A stretch of 64,000 nucleotides of DNA from an uncultured Gemmatimonadales bacterium. GTDB lineage: Bacteria > Gemmatimonadota > Gemmatimonadetes > Gemmatimonadales > GWC2-71-9. The DNA lies in the NCBI GenBank assembly GCA_963730185.1, contig CAVSQW010000013.1, forward strand, positions 128,001 to 192,000. Direction: 5' to 3'. Made by a program: the position numbers and the translations under genes. A model generated the notes under the pieces. The model had not been told where the DNA came from and made no database searches. It saw only the letters and a list, made by a program, of their open reading frames with translations. This document shows, piece after piece, positions 53,917 through 64,000 of the stretch (its first letter is position 1; each line of letters starts with the position of its first letter).

Positions 53917-54617
53917 AGAATCCGCCCCCGCCCCCACCGGCCCAGAAGAGCCCGGGTGGGTTCTACCTGCTGGTGGGTCTCCTGATCGTGATCGGGGGCG
54001 GCGGGCTCTACTACCTGGTCGGCCGTCCCAAGGACGTGAGCATCCCGGCCAACGTCACCGTGCTCGAGGCCGACACCGCCGGGTTCCGGGGGTACCTCCT
54101 GGGTTCCGATTCCGCCAAGCTCGAGATCTCCGAGTACGCCGACTATCAGTGCCCCGGCTGCCAACAGTTCGAGATCATCCAGATGCCGACGATCAAGAAG
54201 GAGCTGATCGACCCGGGCCTGGTCCGGTGGCGCTATCGCGACTTCCCGCTCGACCAGATCCACTCCCACTCGCGGCTAGCGGCCCACAGCGCGGCCTGTG
54301 CCTCCGAGCAGGGCAAGTACTGGGAGCAGCACCGGGCGATCTACGAGAGCCAGGCGGAGTGGGCGGCCGCCGCCAGCGCGGGGGCCTTCTTCCGGGCCGA
54401 CGGGCAGAAGGTCGGCCTCGACCTCGCCAAGTACAACGAGTGCATGACGTCGGCCCGGTACGCCGGCCGGATCGAGGCCAGTCTCCAGGAGGGTGTCAAG
54501 CTGGGCGTGAACGTTACCCCGACGCTCTTGATCAACGGGCGGCTCTATCCGGGGGCCCTTCCGTCCGACAGCCTGATTTCTCTGGTCAAGCACCTCGTGG
54601 CGCCAGCCGCTCCATGA
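53898..54617 (+). CDS. DsbA-like thioredoxin-fold protein
   Basis: EYADYQCPGC, RDFPL, QGKYWE, GVNVTPT..ING. Confidence 0.88.
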   Translation: MASSRVKNPPPPPPAQKSPGGFYLLVGLLIVIGGGGLYYLVGRPKDVSIPANVTVLEADTAGFRGYLLGSDSAKLEISEYADYQCPGCQQFEIIQMPTIKKELIDPGLVRWRYRDFPLDQIHSHSRLAAHSAACASEQGKYWEQHRAIYESQAEWAAAASAGAFFRADGQKVGLDLAKYNECMTSARYAGRIEASLQEGVKLGVNVTPTLLINGRLYPGALPSDSLISLVKHLVAPAAP

Positions 54618-55045
54618 GCCTCCGGATGTCGGTGGCCCTCCTCGCCGTCGCGGGGGTCTTCGTATCGGCCTACCTGTACCTCTACAAGATCGGCGCGATT
54701 GGCGTGATGGTATGCGGCACCGGCGCGTGTGAGACGGTTCAGCTCTCCCCCCAGAGTCGATTTCTCGGCGTCGAGGTGTCACTGATCGGACTGGGGGGGT
54801 ATGCCGCGCTCCTGGTGTTGGCGCTGGCGTCGCTCCAGCCCCGGTTCGCGGGGCGGAGCCGCCCGCTCGTACTGCTCCTGGCGCTGAGCGGGGCGGCGGT
54901 GCTCTTCAGCGGCTACCTCACCTACCTCGAGCTCTTCGTGATCCACGCCATCTGTCGCTGGTGCGTCGGCTCGGCGGTGATCGTCGCGCTCCTCTTCCTG
55001 CTGGTGGCGGCCGATTACCGGCGGGCGGGGCCGTCGGCGGCATGA
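54614..55045 (+). CDS. Vitamin K epoxide reductase (VKOR) family protein
   Basis: C.TGACETVQ.S..S.FLG, ELFVIHAICRWC. Confidence 0.88.
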   Translation: MSLRMSVALLAVAGVFVSAYLYLYKIGAIGVMVCGTGACETVQLSPQSRFLGVEVSLIGLGGYAALLVLALASLQPRFAGRSRPLVLLLALSGAAVLFSGYLTYLELFVIHAICRWCVGSAVIVALLFLLVAADYRRAGPSAA

Positions 55046-56976
55046 GCCTCCCGGAAGGCCAACCAGGACCCGTCCGGCCGGAGCCCACGGGCCGGCGGCT
55101 CGCCGGCCTCTCCCTGGCCGCGCTGGGCGTGGTCTTCGGCGACATCGGGACCAGTCCCCTCTACGCCATCAAGGAGTGCTTCGACGGGACCCACTCCGTC
55201 CGGCTCACTCCCGACAACATCATCGGGGTGTTGTCGCTGATTTTCTGGAGCCTGAACTTCCTGATCTCGTTCAAATACCTCTGGCAGATGATGCGGGCCG
55301 ACAACCGGGGCGAGGGCGGGATCCTGGCGCTGCTGGCCCTGGTCAAGCCGGGCGAGATCAAGAGCATGGGCAAGTGGATCCTGATCTCGATCGGGATCTT
55401 CGGCGCCACGATGCTCTACGGCGATGGGATCATCACCCCCGCCATCTCGGTTCTGGGTGCGATGGACGGCCTCGGCGTGGCGACCCCGGCCCTCCAGCCT
55501 CACGTGATCTGGATGAGCATGGCGATCATCGTCGCGCTCTTCGCGATGCAGAGCCGGGGCACCAGCGCGGTGGGCGCGATCTTCGGCCCGGTGACGGCGA
55601 TCTGGTTCGCGGCCATCGCGGCGCTCGGCATCCACGGCATCCTGATGGAGCCGAGCGTGCTCCGAGCCGTGAACCCGGTCTACGCTTTCGAGTTTTTCCT
55701 GCGGGAAGGCAAGCACGGCTTTCTGGTGCTGGCCGCGGTGGTGCTGGTGGTGACGGGCGGCGAGGCGCTCTACGCCGACATGGGTCACTTCGGCAAGCGC
55801 CCGATCCGGCTCGCCTGGCTGGCGATCGTGCTGCCGGCCCTGGTCCTCAACTACTTCGGCCAGGGGGCGCTCCTCCTCTCCCGGCCGGGCGCGATCTCCA
55901 ACCCGTTCTACGAGTTGGTCCCTCGCTGGGCTCTGTACCCGATGGTGGGAATCGCGACGGCGGCGGCCATCACGGCCTCGCAGGCGCTGATTTCGGGGGC
56001 GTTCTCGCTCACCCAGCAGGCCCTCCAGCTCGGCTACGTGCCCCGCCTCAAGATCGTTCACACCTCGGAGTCGGCGGTCGGGCAGATCTACATGCCGGGT
56101 GTCAACTGGACCTTGATGATTGCCTGTCTGCTCCTGGTCGCGGCGTTCCGAACACCCGGCAACCTGGCCGGGGCCTACGGCGTCGCCGTCACCATCACCA
56201 TGGCCACGACCACGGTGCTCTTCTCGGTCGTGGCCCGGGACCGGTTCGGGTGGGGCCTCCTGAAGGTGGTGCTCTTCGGCGGAATGCTGCTCTCGGTGGA
56301 CCTGGCCTTCATGTCGGCGAACCTGACCAAGATCCCGCATGGCGGCTGGCTCCCGCTCATCATCGGCGGGGTGATCTTCGTGCTGATGACCACGTGGCGA
56401 CGGGGCCGCCAGATCGTGCACGACCAGCTCCACGGGAACGCCCTCCCGATCGAGATGCTGATCCAGGACATCGACCGGAAGGGCCTGACCCGGGTGCCGG
56501 GCACCGCGGTGTTCATGACCTCGGACCTCTCCGGCGCGCCGCCGGTGCTCCTCCACCACCTCAAACACAACAAGGTGTTGCACGAGCGGGTGATCCTGAT
56601 GTCGATCGTGAACCAGCTGGTGCCCCAGATCGACCGGGACGATCGACTGGCGGTGGAGGAGCTCGGCTCCGGCTTCTACACGGTCGAGGCCCAGTACGGC
56701 TTCATGGAGACCCCCGACGTACCCACCCTGATGGGGCGGCTGACCGAGTTTGGGCTCGCGCCCAAGCTCACCGAGACGAGCTTCTACCTGGGCCGGGAGA
56801 CGCTCATTCCGGTCAAGCGGCGGGGCCTGAGCCTGTCCGAGCGGCTCCGGCGTCGGATGCCGATGTGGCGGAAGCGGATCTTCGTGCTGATGGCGAACAA
56901 CGCCCGGCCGGCCACGGCGTTCTTCAATCTGCCCCCGAACCGGGTGGTGGAGATGGGGGCGCAGATCCAGATATGA
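55042..56976 (+). CDS. kup: Potassium transporter Kup
   Basis: LGVVFGDIGTSPLY, ADNRGEGG, TGGEALYADMGHFG, HHLKHNKVLHE. Confidence 0.96.
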   Translation: MSLPEGQPGPVRPEPTGRRLAGLSLAALGVVFGDIGTSPLYAIKECFDGTHSVRLTPDNIIGVLSLIFWSLNFLISFKYLWQMMRADNRGEGGILALLALVKPGEIKSMGKWILISIGIFGATMLYGDGIITPAISVLGAMDGLGVATPALQPHVIWMSMAIIVALFAMQSRGTSAVGAIFGPVTAIWFAAIAALGIHGILMEPSVLRAVNPVYAFEFFLREGKHGFLVLAAVVLVVTGGEALYADMGHFGKRPIRLAWLAIVLPALVLNYFGQGALLLSRPGAISNPFYELVPRWALYPMVGIATAAAITASQALISGAFSLTQQALQLGYVPRLKIVHTSESAVGQIYMPGVNWTLMIACLLLVAAFRTPGNLAGAYGVAVTITMATTTVLFSVVARDRFGWGLLKVVLFGGMLLSVDLAFMSANLTKIPHGGWLPLIIGGVIFVLMTTWRRGRQIVHDQLHGNALPIEMLIQDIDRKGLTRVPGTAVFMTSDLSGAPPVLLHHLKHNKVLHERVILMSIVNQLVPQIDRDDRLAVEELGSGFYTVEAQYGFMETPDVPTLMGRLTEFGLAPKLTETSFYLGRETLIPVKRRGLSLSERLRRRMPMWRKRIFVLMANNARPATAFFNLPPNRVVEMGAQIQI

Positions 56977-56978
56977 CG

Positions 56979-57160
56979 TAGGGACTTGGGATTAGTGAGT
57001 GGTGACTGGGGAGGGAATAGGGATTGGTGAGTTGCGGCCTCCACTCCCCACTCCCTCCCCACACTTCCCCTTCTCCCTCCCTACTCCCTCCCTACTCCCT
57101 CCCCAACTCACCAGTCCCTACTCCCTCCCCAGTCACTACTCCCAACTCACAACTCCCTAT
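56979..57160. repeat. Heptamer inverted array between convergent kup and msrA
   Basis: TAGGGAC TTGGGAT TAGTGAG TGGTGAC TGGGGAG ... CTCCCTA CTCCCCA CTCACCA. Confidence 0.8.
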
Positions 57161-57699
57161 CCAATCATCTCGCGGTAACGCTCCCGGAGCTTGGCCATCT
57201 TCGGTCCGATCATGGCCGAGCAGTAGGCCTGGTTGGGGTTCCGGCGGTAGTAGTCCTGGTGATGCGCCTCGGCCGGAAAGAAGGTGGTGGCGGGCACGAC
57301 CTCGGTCACGATCGGGCGGTCGAAGGCGTGGCTCGCCATCAGCTCGGCGATGACCTCGTCGGCCACCACCCGCTGGTCCTCGTCGTGGAAGAAGATGGCC
57401 GAGCGGTACTGGGTCCCGATGTCGGGCCCCTGACGGTTGAGGGTGGTGGGGTCGTGGAAGGCGAAGAAGAGCTCCACCAGAGTCCGGTAGGAGATCGTCT
57501 CCGGGTCGAAGTGGACCTCGATGGCCTCGGCGTGGCCGGTCGTGCCGGCGCAGACCTGTTCGTAGCTCGGGTGCCGGACCGAGCCGCCCACGTACCCCGA
57601 CACCACCCGGTTCACGCCTTTGAGACGCTGAAACACGGCCTCGATGCACCAGAAGCAGCCGCCAGCCAGGGTGGCGACGCCGGTCTTGGATTCGTTCAC
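57157..57699 (-). CDS. msrA: Peptide methionine sulfoxide reductase A
   Basis: GGCFWC, TTGHAE, HDPTTLNRQG.D.GTQYRS, AEAHHQDYY. Confidence 0.96.
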   Translation of the reverse strand: MNESKTGVATLAGGCFWCIEAVFQRLKGVNRVVSGYVGGSVRHPSYEQVCAGTTGHAEAIEVHFDPETISYRTLVELFFAFHDPTTLNRQGPDIGTQYRSAIFFHDEDQRVVADEVIAELMASHAFDRPIVTEVVPATTFFPAEAHHQDYYRRNPNQAYCSAMIGPKMAKLRERYREMIG

Positions 57700-57757
57700 G
57701 ATCTCACCTTGCGGGTTGTCCCGAGCGGTCGCGCGAACGCCCGACCCCTCAGGCCTC

Positions 57758-59704
<1,947 letters not shown>

Positions 59705-59989
59705 GGCGGTGTTGGGGGAGACGGGTGAACGGACGGACGGGCGGTCTGCCCGGTCGGGGCGGCTCGTTCTGCCAACTATAGCGTCAGGTCGGCTCGACGG
59801 ACAGACGGGCGCCCGCGCTTCCGGTCCCCGCATCCTCTGCCCGTTGAGCGGTCCCCCGGCTCTTCGTTGTTCCGTGCAGCTTCTTGCCGCCGTGTGCAGG
59901 AATGCGTTGTCAGGGCTTCGCTTGCATTCCCCGAGACTCGGAGCGGGATGCGGTGTCGCGCCGGTGCCATGCGCCTCGGTCAGGCCTCA

Positions 59990-60045
59990 GTAAGTCGTTT
60001 GCTTCGGTGTAGTTGGATCGTGGGCACGGCTGGCACTGGACTCGC
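59990..60045 (+). promoter_or_regulatory. Putative sigma54 promoter with upstream IHF-like box, before the STAS gene
   Basis: GTAAGTCGTTT (59990) and TGGCAC-TGGAC-TCGC (60031-60045). Confidence 0.45.
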
Positions 60046-60095
60046 GCCTCCCTTTGCCGCGACCGACACCCGGCGCGTGGGAACGCGCCACGTCC

Positions 60096-60431
60096 ATGAC
60101 TCCGAAGGCGAAGCCGATGGCCACGACCGACGTCAACGAACGCCAGATCGAATCTCCGGAGGTGTTGGGACTGGAGGCGCGGGGCGCGTTCCGGGATGCG
60201 GCGGTGGAGCTGCTGGCCGAGCTCCCGGAGCAGTTCGGGCGGCTGATCGTCGACTTCACCGGAACCCGCCGGATCGACTCCGCCGGGCTCGGGGCGCTGA
60301 TGCTGATCCAGCGGAAGGCGGCGGAGCGGAAGCAGGTCGTGGTCCTCCGACACCTCCGGGACGAGTTCCGGTTCCTGCTGGTGCTCACCAAGCTCGACGA
60401 TCTCTTCGAGATCGACGGCCCCGCCCGCTAG
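60096..60431 (+). CDS. STAS-domain anti-sigma-factor antagonist
   Basis: LIVDFTGTRRIDSAGLGALM, LTKLDDLFEI; start 60096 or 60117. Confidence 0.85.
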   Translation: MTPKAKPMATTDVNERQIESPEVLGLEARGAFRDAAVELLAELPEQFGRLIVDFTGTRRIDSAGLGALMLIQRKAAERKQVVVLRHLRDEFRFLLVLTKLDDLFEIDGPAR

Positions 60432-60518
60432 TATATTCCCGCGGCCCGTGGGGCGGGGCCCGGCCGTGGCCGGGGCCCGCTCCAAGCATTTCCGACTTTC
60501 CCGAGAGACGTCGCCGAC

Positions 60519-61232
60519 GTGGCCTCGCATCCCAGCGCGCCGCTCGAGCTCGACCAGGTCCGTCGCCGCTTCGGCCGCCGCGAAGTGGTTGCCGGGGTGT
60601 CGTTGACCCTGGCCAAGGGCGAGGTCAGGCTCCTGGTCGGCCCCAACGGCTCCGGGAAGAGCACCTTGGCCCGGCTGGCCGCCGGCCTGCTCCGGCCCAC
60701 GGGCGGGTCGGTGCGGGTCGAGGGGCGCGATCCCCGCGGAGACGGCGGTTCCCGCGGCACGATCGGGTTCGTGGGGCACCAGTCGCTCCTCTACGAGGAT
60801 CTGACCCCCCGGGAGAACCTGGCGTTCGTGGCCCGCCTCTACGGGTTGGCCGATCGCGACGCCGGCGTCGAGGCAACGCTCGACCGGACCGGCGTGGGGC
60901 CCGAGCGGGCCACCCAGGTCCGCCGTCTCAGCCGGGGGATGGTACAGCGGGTGGCCCTGGCCCGGGCCCTCCTCGCCCGGCCTACCCTGGTGATCTTGGA
61001 CGAGCCGTTTACCGGGCTCGATTCGCCCAGCTCGGACCGGCTGGTCGGGATCCTGAATGCCCTCCGCGAGGACGGCGGGTCGATCCTGGTGATCAGCCAC
61101 GACCTCGAGGGCATCTGGCGAGTGCCCGCCCAGGTCACGGTGCTCAAGGCCGGCGCGGTCCAGTTCGACGCCGACACCAGCCTGGCGCTGGACGAATTCC
61201 GCCACCGCTACGCCGAGGCGATCCTTGCGTGA
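60519..61232 (+). CDS. ccmA: Heme ABC exporter ATP-binding subunit
   Basis: GPNGSGKST, GHQSLLYEDLT.RENL, LSRGM.QR, LDEPFTGLD. Confidence 0.88.
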   Translation: MASHPSAPLELDQVRRRFGRREVVAGVSLTLAKGEVRLLVGPNGSGKSTLARLAAGLLRPTGGSVRVEGRDPRGDGGSRGTIGFVGHQSLLYEDLTPRENLAFVARLYGLADRDAGVEATLDRTGVGPERATQVRRLSRGMVQRVALARALLARPTLVILDEPFTGLDSPSSDRLVGILNALREDGGSILVISHDLEGIWRVPAQVTVLKAGAVQFDADTSLALDEFRHRYAEAILA

Positions 61233-61905
61233 GCTTTGGCGGGTGGCCTTTGCGGTGCTGGCCAAGGACGCTCGGGTGGAGCTCCGGAGCAAGATCGGGT
61301 TCCAGGCGGCGTTGGTCTTCGCGGTGCTGGTGCTGGTGATCTTCAACTTCGCGCGCGATCCGGCCACGGTCACGACGGACGTCTTGGCCCCGAGCGTGCT
61401 CTGGGTCACCGTGACGTTCGCGGGGGTGATCGCCCTCAACCGGTCGTTCGCGCTCGAGATGGGGCATGGGGCCATCGACGGCCTCCTCCTGGCGCCGGTC
61501 TCCCGGAGCGCGCTCTTTCTCGGTAAGTACCTCGCCAATCTCCTCTTCGTGCTGCTGGTCGAGGCGCTGGTCCTGCCCCTGTTCGTGCTCTTCTTCAACG
61601 TGGCCCTCACACCCTCGCTGGTGGCCGTGGCCGGGCTGCTGACCCTGGCCACCATCGGTTTCGTCGCCATCGGCACGGTCCTGGCCGCGATGACGGTCAA
61701 GACCCGGTTCGCCGAGCTGATGCTGCCGGTGTTGACGCTGCCGTTCCTGGTGCCGCCGGTGCTGGTGGGGGTGCAGGCGACCGCCCGCTTGCTCGCGGGG
61801 CGGCCGATGAGTGAGATTGCCGGGTGGTTCCGCTTTCTGGTACTGTATGACGTGGTCTTCGTGGTGCTCACTCTGCTTCTCTTTCCGACGGTCGTCGACG
61901 AATGA
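61225..61905 (+). CDS. ccmB: Heme exporter protein B
   Basis: KDARVELRSK, LNRSFALE..G.IDGL, LPVL.LP. Confidence 0.9.
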   Translation: MRELWRVAFAVLAKDARVELRSKIGFQAALVFAVLVLVIFNFARDPATVTTDVLAPSVLWVTVTFAGVIALNRSFALEMGHGAIDGLLLAPVSRSALFLGKYLANLLFVLLVEALVLPLFVLFFNVALTPSLVAVAGLLTLATIGFVAIGTVLAAMTVKTRFAELMLPVLTLPFLVPPVLVGVQATARLLAGRPMSEIAGWFRFLVLYDVVFVVLTLLLFPTVVDE

Positions 61906-62585
61906 GTGAATCCAGACCGGCCGACGGGGCGATCCGCTTCGGACTCGGGATCAGCGTCCTCGGGATGATCCTCCTCGCGGTCGCCTACTTCATGGTCATC
62001 GATTACACCCCGACTGAGCGCTGGCAGGGGTTGGCCCAGAAGATCTTCTACCTCCACGTGCCGGCCGCCTCGATGAGCCTCTTCGCGTTCGGCATGGTCG
62101 GCGTCGTGAGCGCCCTCTACCTCTGGCTCCGCGATCCCCGGCTCGATCTGTTCGCGGAGTCCTCGGCCGAGGTGGGCCTGGCCTTCGGGGCGGTGATGCT
62201 CACCACCGGTCCGATGTGGGCCAAGCCGATCTGGGGCACCTGGTGGCAGTGGGAGCCCCGCCTCACTCTGACGCTCCTCCTGGTGTTGCTCTTCCTGGGT
62301 TACCGGGCTCTCCGGAGCGCCATCGACGATCCGTCCGAGCGGGCGCGATACGCCGCGGTCGTGGGCATCATGGCGCTGGTGCTGGTGCCGTTCGTGCACC
62401 TGAGCGTGTACCTGTTCCGGACGATCCATCCCCAGCCGGTCATCTTCAAGCCGAGCAAGCCGTCGCTGCCGTGGGAGATGCTGCGGACCTTCCTGGTGTC
62501 GTTCGTGGCGTTCATCGTGTTGTACATCGGGTTCGTGACGACCCGCTACGGCCTGGCCCGCCGGTCCGCGGAGGAGGCCGCATGA
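61902..62585 (+). CDS. ccmC: Heme exporter protein C
   Basis: KIFYLHVP, Trp-rich motif WAKPIWGTWWQWEPRL, RTIHP. Confidence 0.92.
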   Translation: MSESRPADGAIRFGLGISVLGMILLAVAYFMVIDYTPTERWQGLAQKIFYLHVPAASMSLFAFGMVGVVSALYLWLRDPRLDLFAESSAEVGLAFGAVMLTTGPMWAKPIWGTWWQWEPRLTLTLLLVLLFLGYRALRSAIDDPSERARYAAVVGIMALVLVPFVHLSVYLFRTIHPQPVIFKPSKPSLPWEMLRTFLVSFVAFIVLYIGFVTTRYGLARRSAEEAA

Positions 62586-62707
62586 ACGAGCCTCCTCAGA
62601 ACGGGGCCTACATGGTGGCCGCCTATGCCGTGGGAGCGGTCATTCTCCTGGCATATCTGGGGAGTCTCTGGGTGAGGAGTCGGAAGGACGGACGGAGAGG
62701 GACCTGA
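62582..62707 (+). CDS. ccmD: Probable heme exporter protein D (41 aa)
   Basis: ATGA overlap with ccmC, YMVAAY + TM segment + basic tail, GGAGG SD. Confidence 0.72.
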   Translation: MNEPPQNGAYMVAAYAVGAVILLAYLGSLWVRSRKDGRRGT

Positions 62708-62819
62708 CGGGTCCCAAGTCTGCGTGCGTTGGCGCGGCCTGCGGGTCGGCGACGATCCGGGCGGAGCGATGCGCGGAATCGGATGACGCCTCCGATGGCA
62801 CCGGGCGGTGGCACCACGG

Positions 62820-63773
62820 TTAGGCCGGCGGCCGGGTGCCGATTTCCCGATGCAGCCACGCGAGCATGTCGGTAGTCGCGGCGGGTGTAAGCCCGTGGCC
62901 GGCTTCGTACCAGATCACCCGCTTGGGCTCACTCGCGGCCCGGTGAAGGGCGGCAGCGAGGCTCGGCGGCACCGTCTGGTCCTGACTCCCCGACTGCAGT
63001 AGCAGTGAGGCGGGCGCCGCTCGGCCGACGAAGCGGATCGGCTCGATCGGGCTCATCGCCGCGATCCACCGATTCCACGCGTCTCGCGGGACGCCGGGAA
63101 CCGAGACCGCACTGCCGTCTGGCCCGGTGAAGTGCGAGACCAACCCGCCATCAGCCACCTGGAGCACGTAGGTCCGGAGGCGTCGCTCTACCCCGGCGAA
63201 CAGGGCGCCGGTCGCCCCGCCGTAGCTCCGGCCCACGTAGGCAAGCCGGGTCGGGTCGACGTCGGGCCGCGCCACGAGGACGTCGACCGCCCGCTGGAGC
63301 TCGACGATCAGCTGCACCTGGTACGCGCTGTCCGCGGGGGTGAAGGTGACGGGCGATGCCAGCCGGCGAGCCCAGGGTGCGTGGATCGCGATGGCCACCG
63401 CGCCGACCCGGGCGACGGCCATCGCGTTGGGCATCACGTTGGCGTCGAGCATGCCGATCAGCGTACTGTCGATCCGGCCGGGCGCACCGTGACCTACGAC
63501 TACGCCCGCAAACGGTCCCGACCCCTCTGGCACGAAGAGGAGGCCGCTCACTCGGCCGCCCTTGGGACTCGCGAACCTGACGGCGTGGATCGCAATCCCA
63601 TCTTCGGTCCGGAGGAGGGAGTCGGCCAGTTCGAGTGGCGCCGAGCGGTCGTACGCAAACGTGGCAATCGGGGCGGGCGCGACCTGGGCGGCGAGGGGCG
63701 TCACCAAGGTGAGAGCGGCCACGAGCGCCTCGACCGGCCGAATGGAAGCAGCGTGCCTGGCGGGCTGGGTCAT
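62820..63773 (-). CDS. Exported alpha/beta hydrolase (esterase-like)
   Basis: Signal peptide, VVVGHG, DVDPTRLAYVGRSYG, QDQTVP, YEAGHGL. Confidence 0.82.
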   Translation of the reverse strand: MTQPARHAASIRPVEALVAALTLVTPLAAQVAPAPIATFAYDRSAPLELADSLLRTEDGIAIHAVRFASPKGGRVSGLLFVPEGSGPFAGVVVGHGAPGRIDSTLIGMLDANVMPNAMAVARVGAVAIAIHAPWARRLASPVTFTPADSAYQVQLIVELQRAVDVLVARPDVDPTRLAYVGRSYGGATGALFAGVERRLRTYVLQVADGGLVSHFTGPDGSAVSVPGVPRDAWNRWIAAMSPIEPIRFVGRAAPASLLLQSGSQDQTVPPSLAAALHRAASEPKRVIWYEAGHGLTPAATTDMLAWLHREIGTRPPA

Positions 63774-64000
63774 GAGTTGCGAGACGTCGAGAGGCCCGCC
63801 CGGGTTTCAGGGAGTCGCCGCCCCCCCACCGCCCCGCTGGACAACGGGTGCACCCTCGTGCCCAGACGGGCCGCTGGACTTCCCTTCGCCCGGGGCCGGT
63901 CCTCTACAGCGCCCGGGCCGGCGGCTCCCGCAGCAGGCCGAGGAGCGGCAGCGCGGCGCCGGCCAGCCCCGCTGCGACCAGGATGCCGGCCAGCCTGAGC

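Noticed and set aside
62796..62823. TGGCAC repeats resembling a sigma54 -24 box after ccmD
   Set aside because: The -12 position reads TTAG rather than TTGC, and the only downstream gene is convergent
63774..64000. Possible gene fragment at the right edge
   Set aside because: Too short, with no recognisable motif

Overview
High-GC bacterial chromosomal segment; the gene mix (PadR/orphan-permease pairs, DUF5916, many small lipoproteins) suggests Gemmatimonadota, but that assignment is inference. About 55 protein genes are supported: a methionine cluster (metH, a bifunctional homocysteine methyltransferase/MTHFR, a MetX-like hydrolase), three PadR + duplicated orphan permease pairs, a TetR-TolC-EmrAB-type efflux operon, treS/Mak-glgB, pruA, nitrilase, M16 peptidase, dsbA-VKOR-kup, msrA, acs and ccmABCD. 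No rRNA, tRNA, CRISPR array, transposase or integrase was recognised. The most notable signals are non-coding. (1) Two SAM-II-like riboswitch aptamers precede the two methionine synthase genes, each followed by a hairpin that carries an internal anti-aptamer (TTTTAGC vs GCTAAAA). (2) Each padR has a TTGACG promoter with its own variant of a 7-3-7 palindromic operator. (3) A dispersed family of TAGGGAG/CTCCCTA heptamer fold-back arrays often starts exactly at a gene's TAG stop. (4) Two putative sigma54 promoters share an upstream GTAAG(C/T)CGTT box at the same spacing. Two single-base frameshifts are probably sequencing errors. Product names come from motif recognition by eye; no database search was run.
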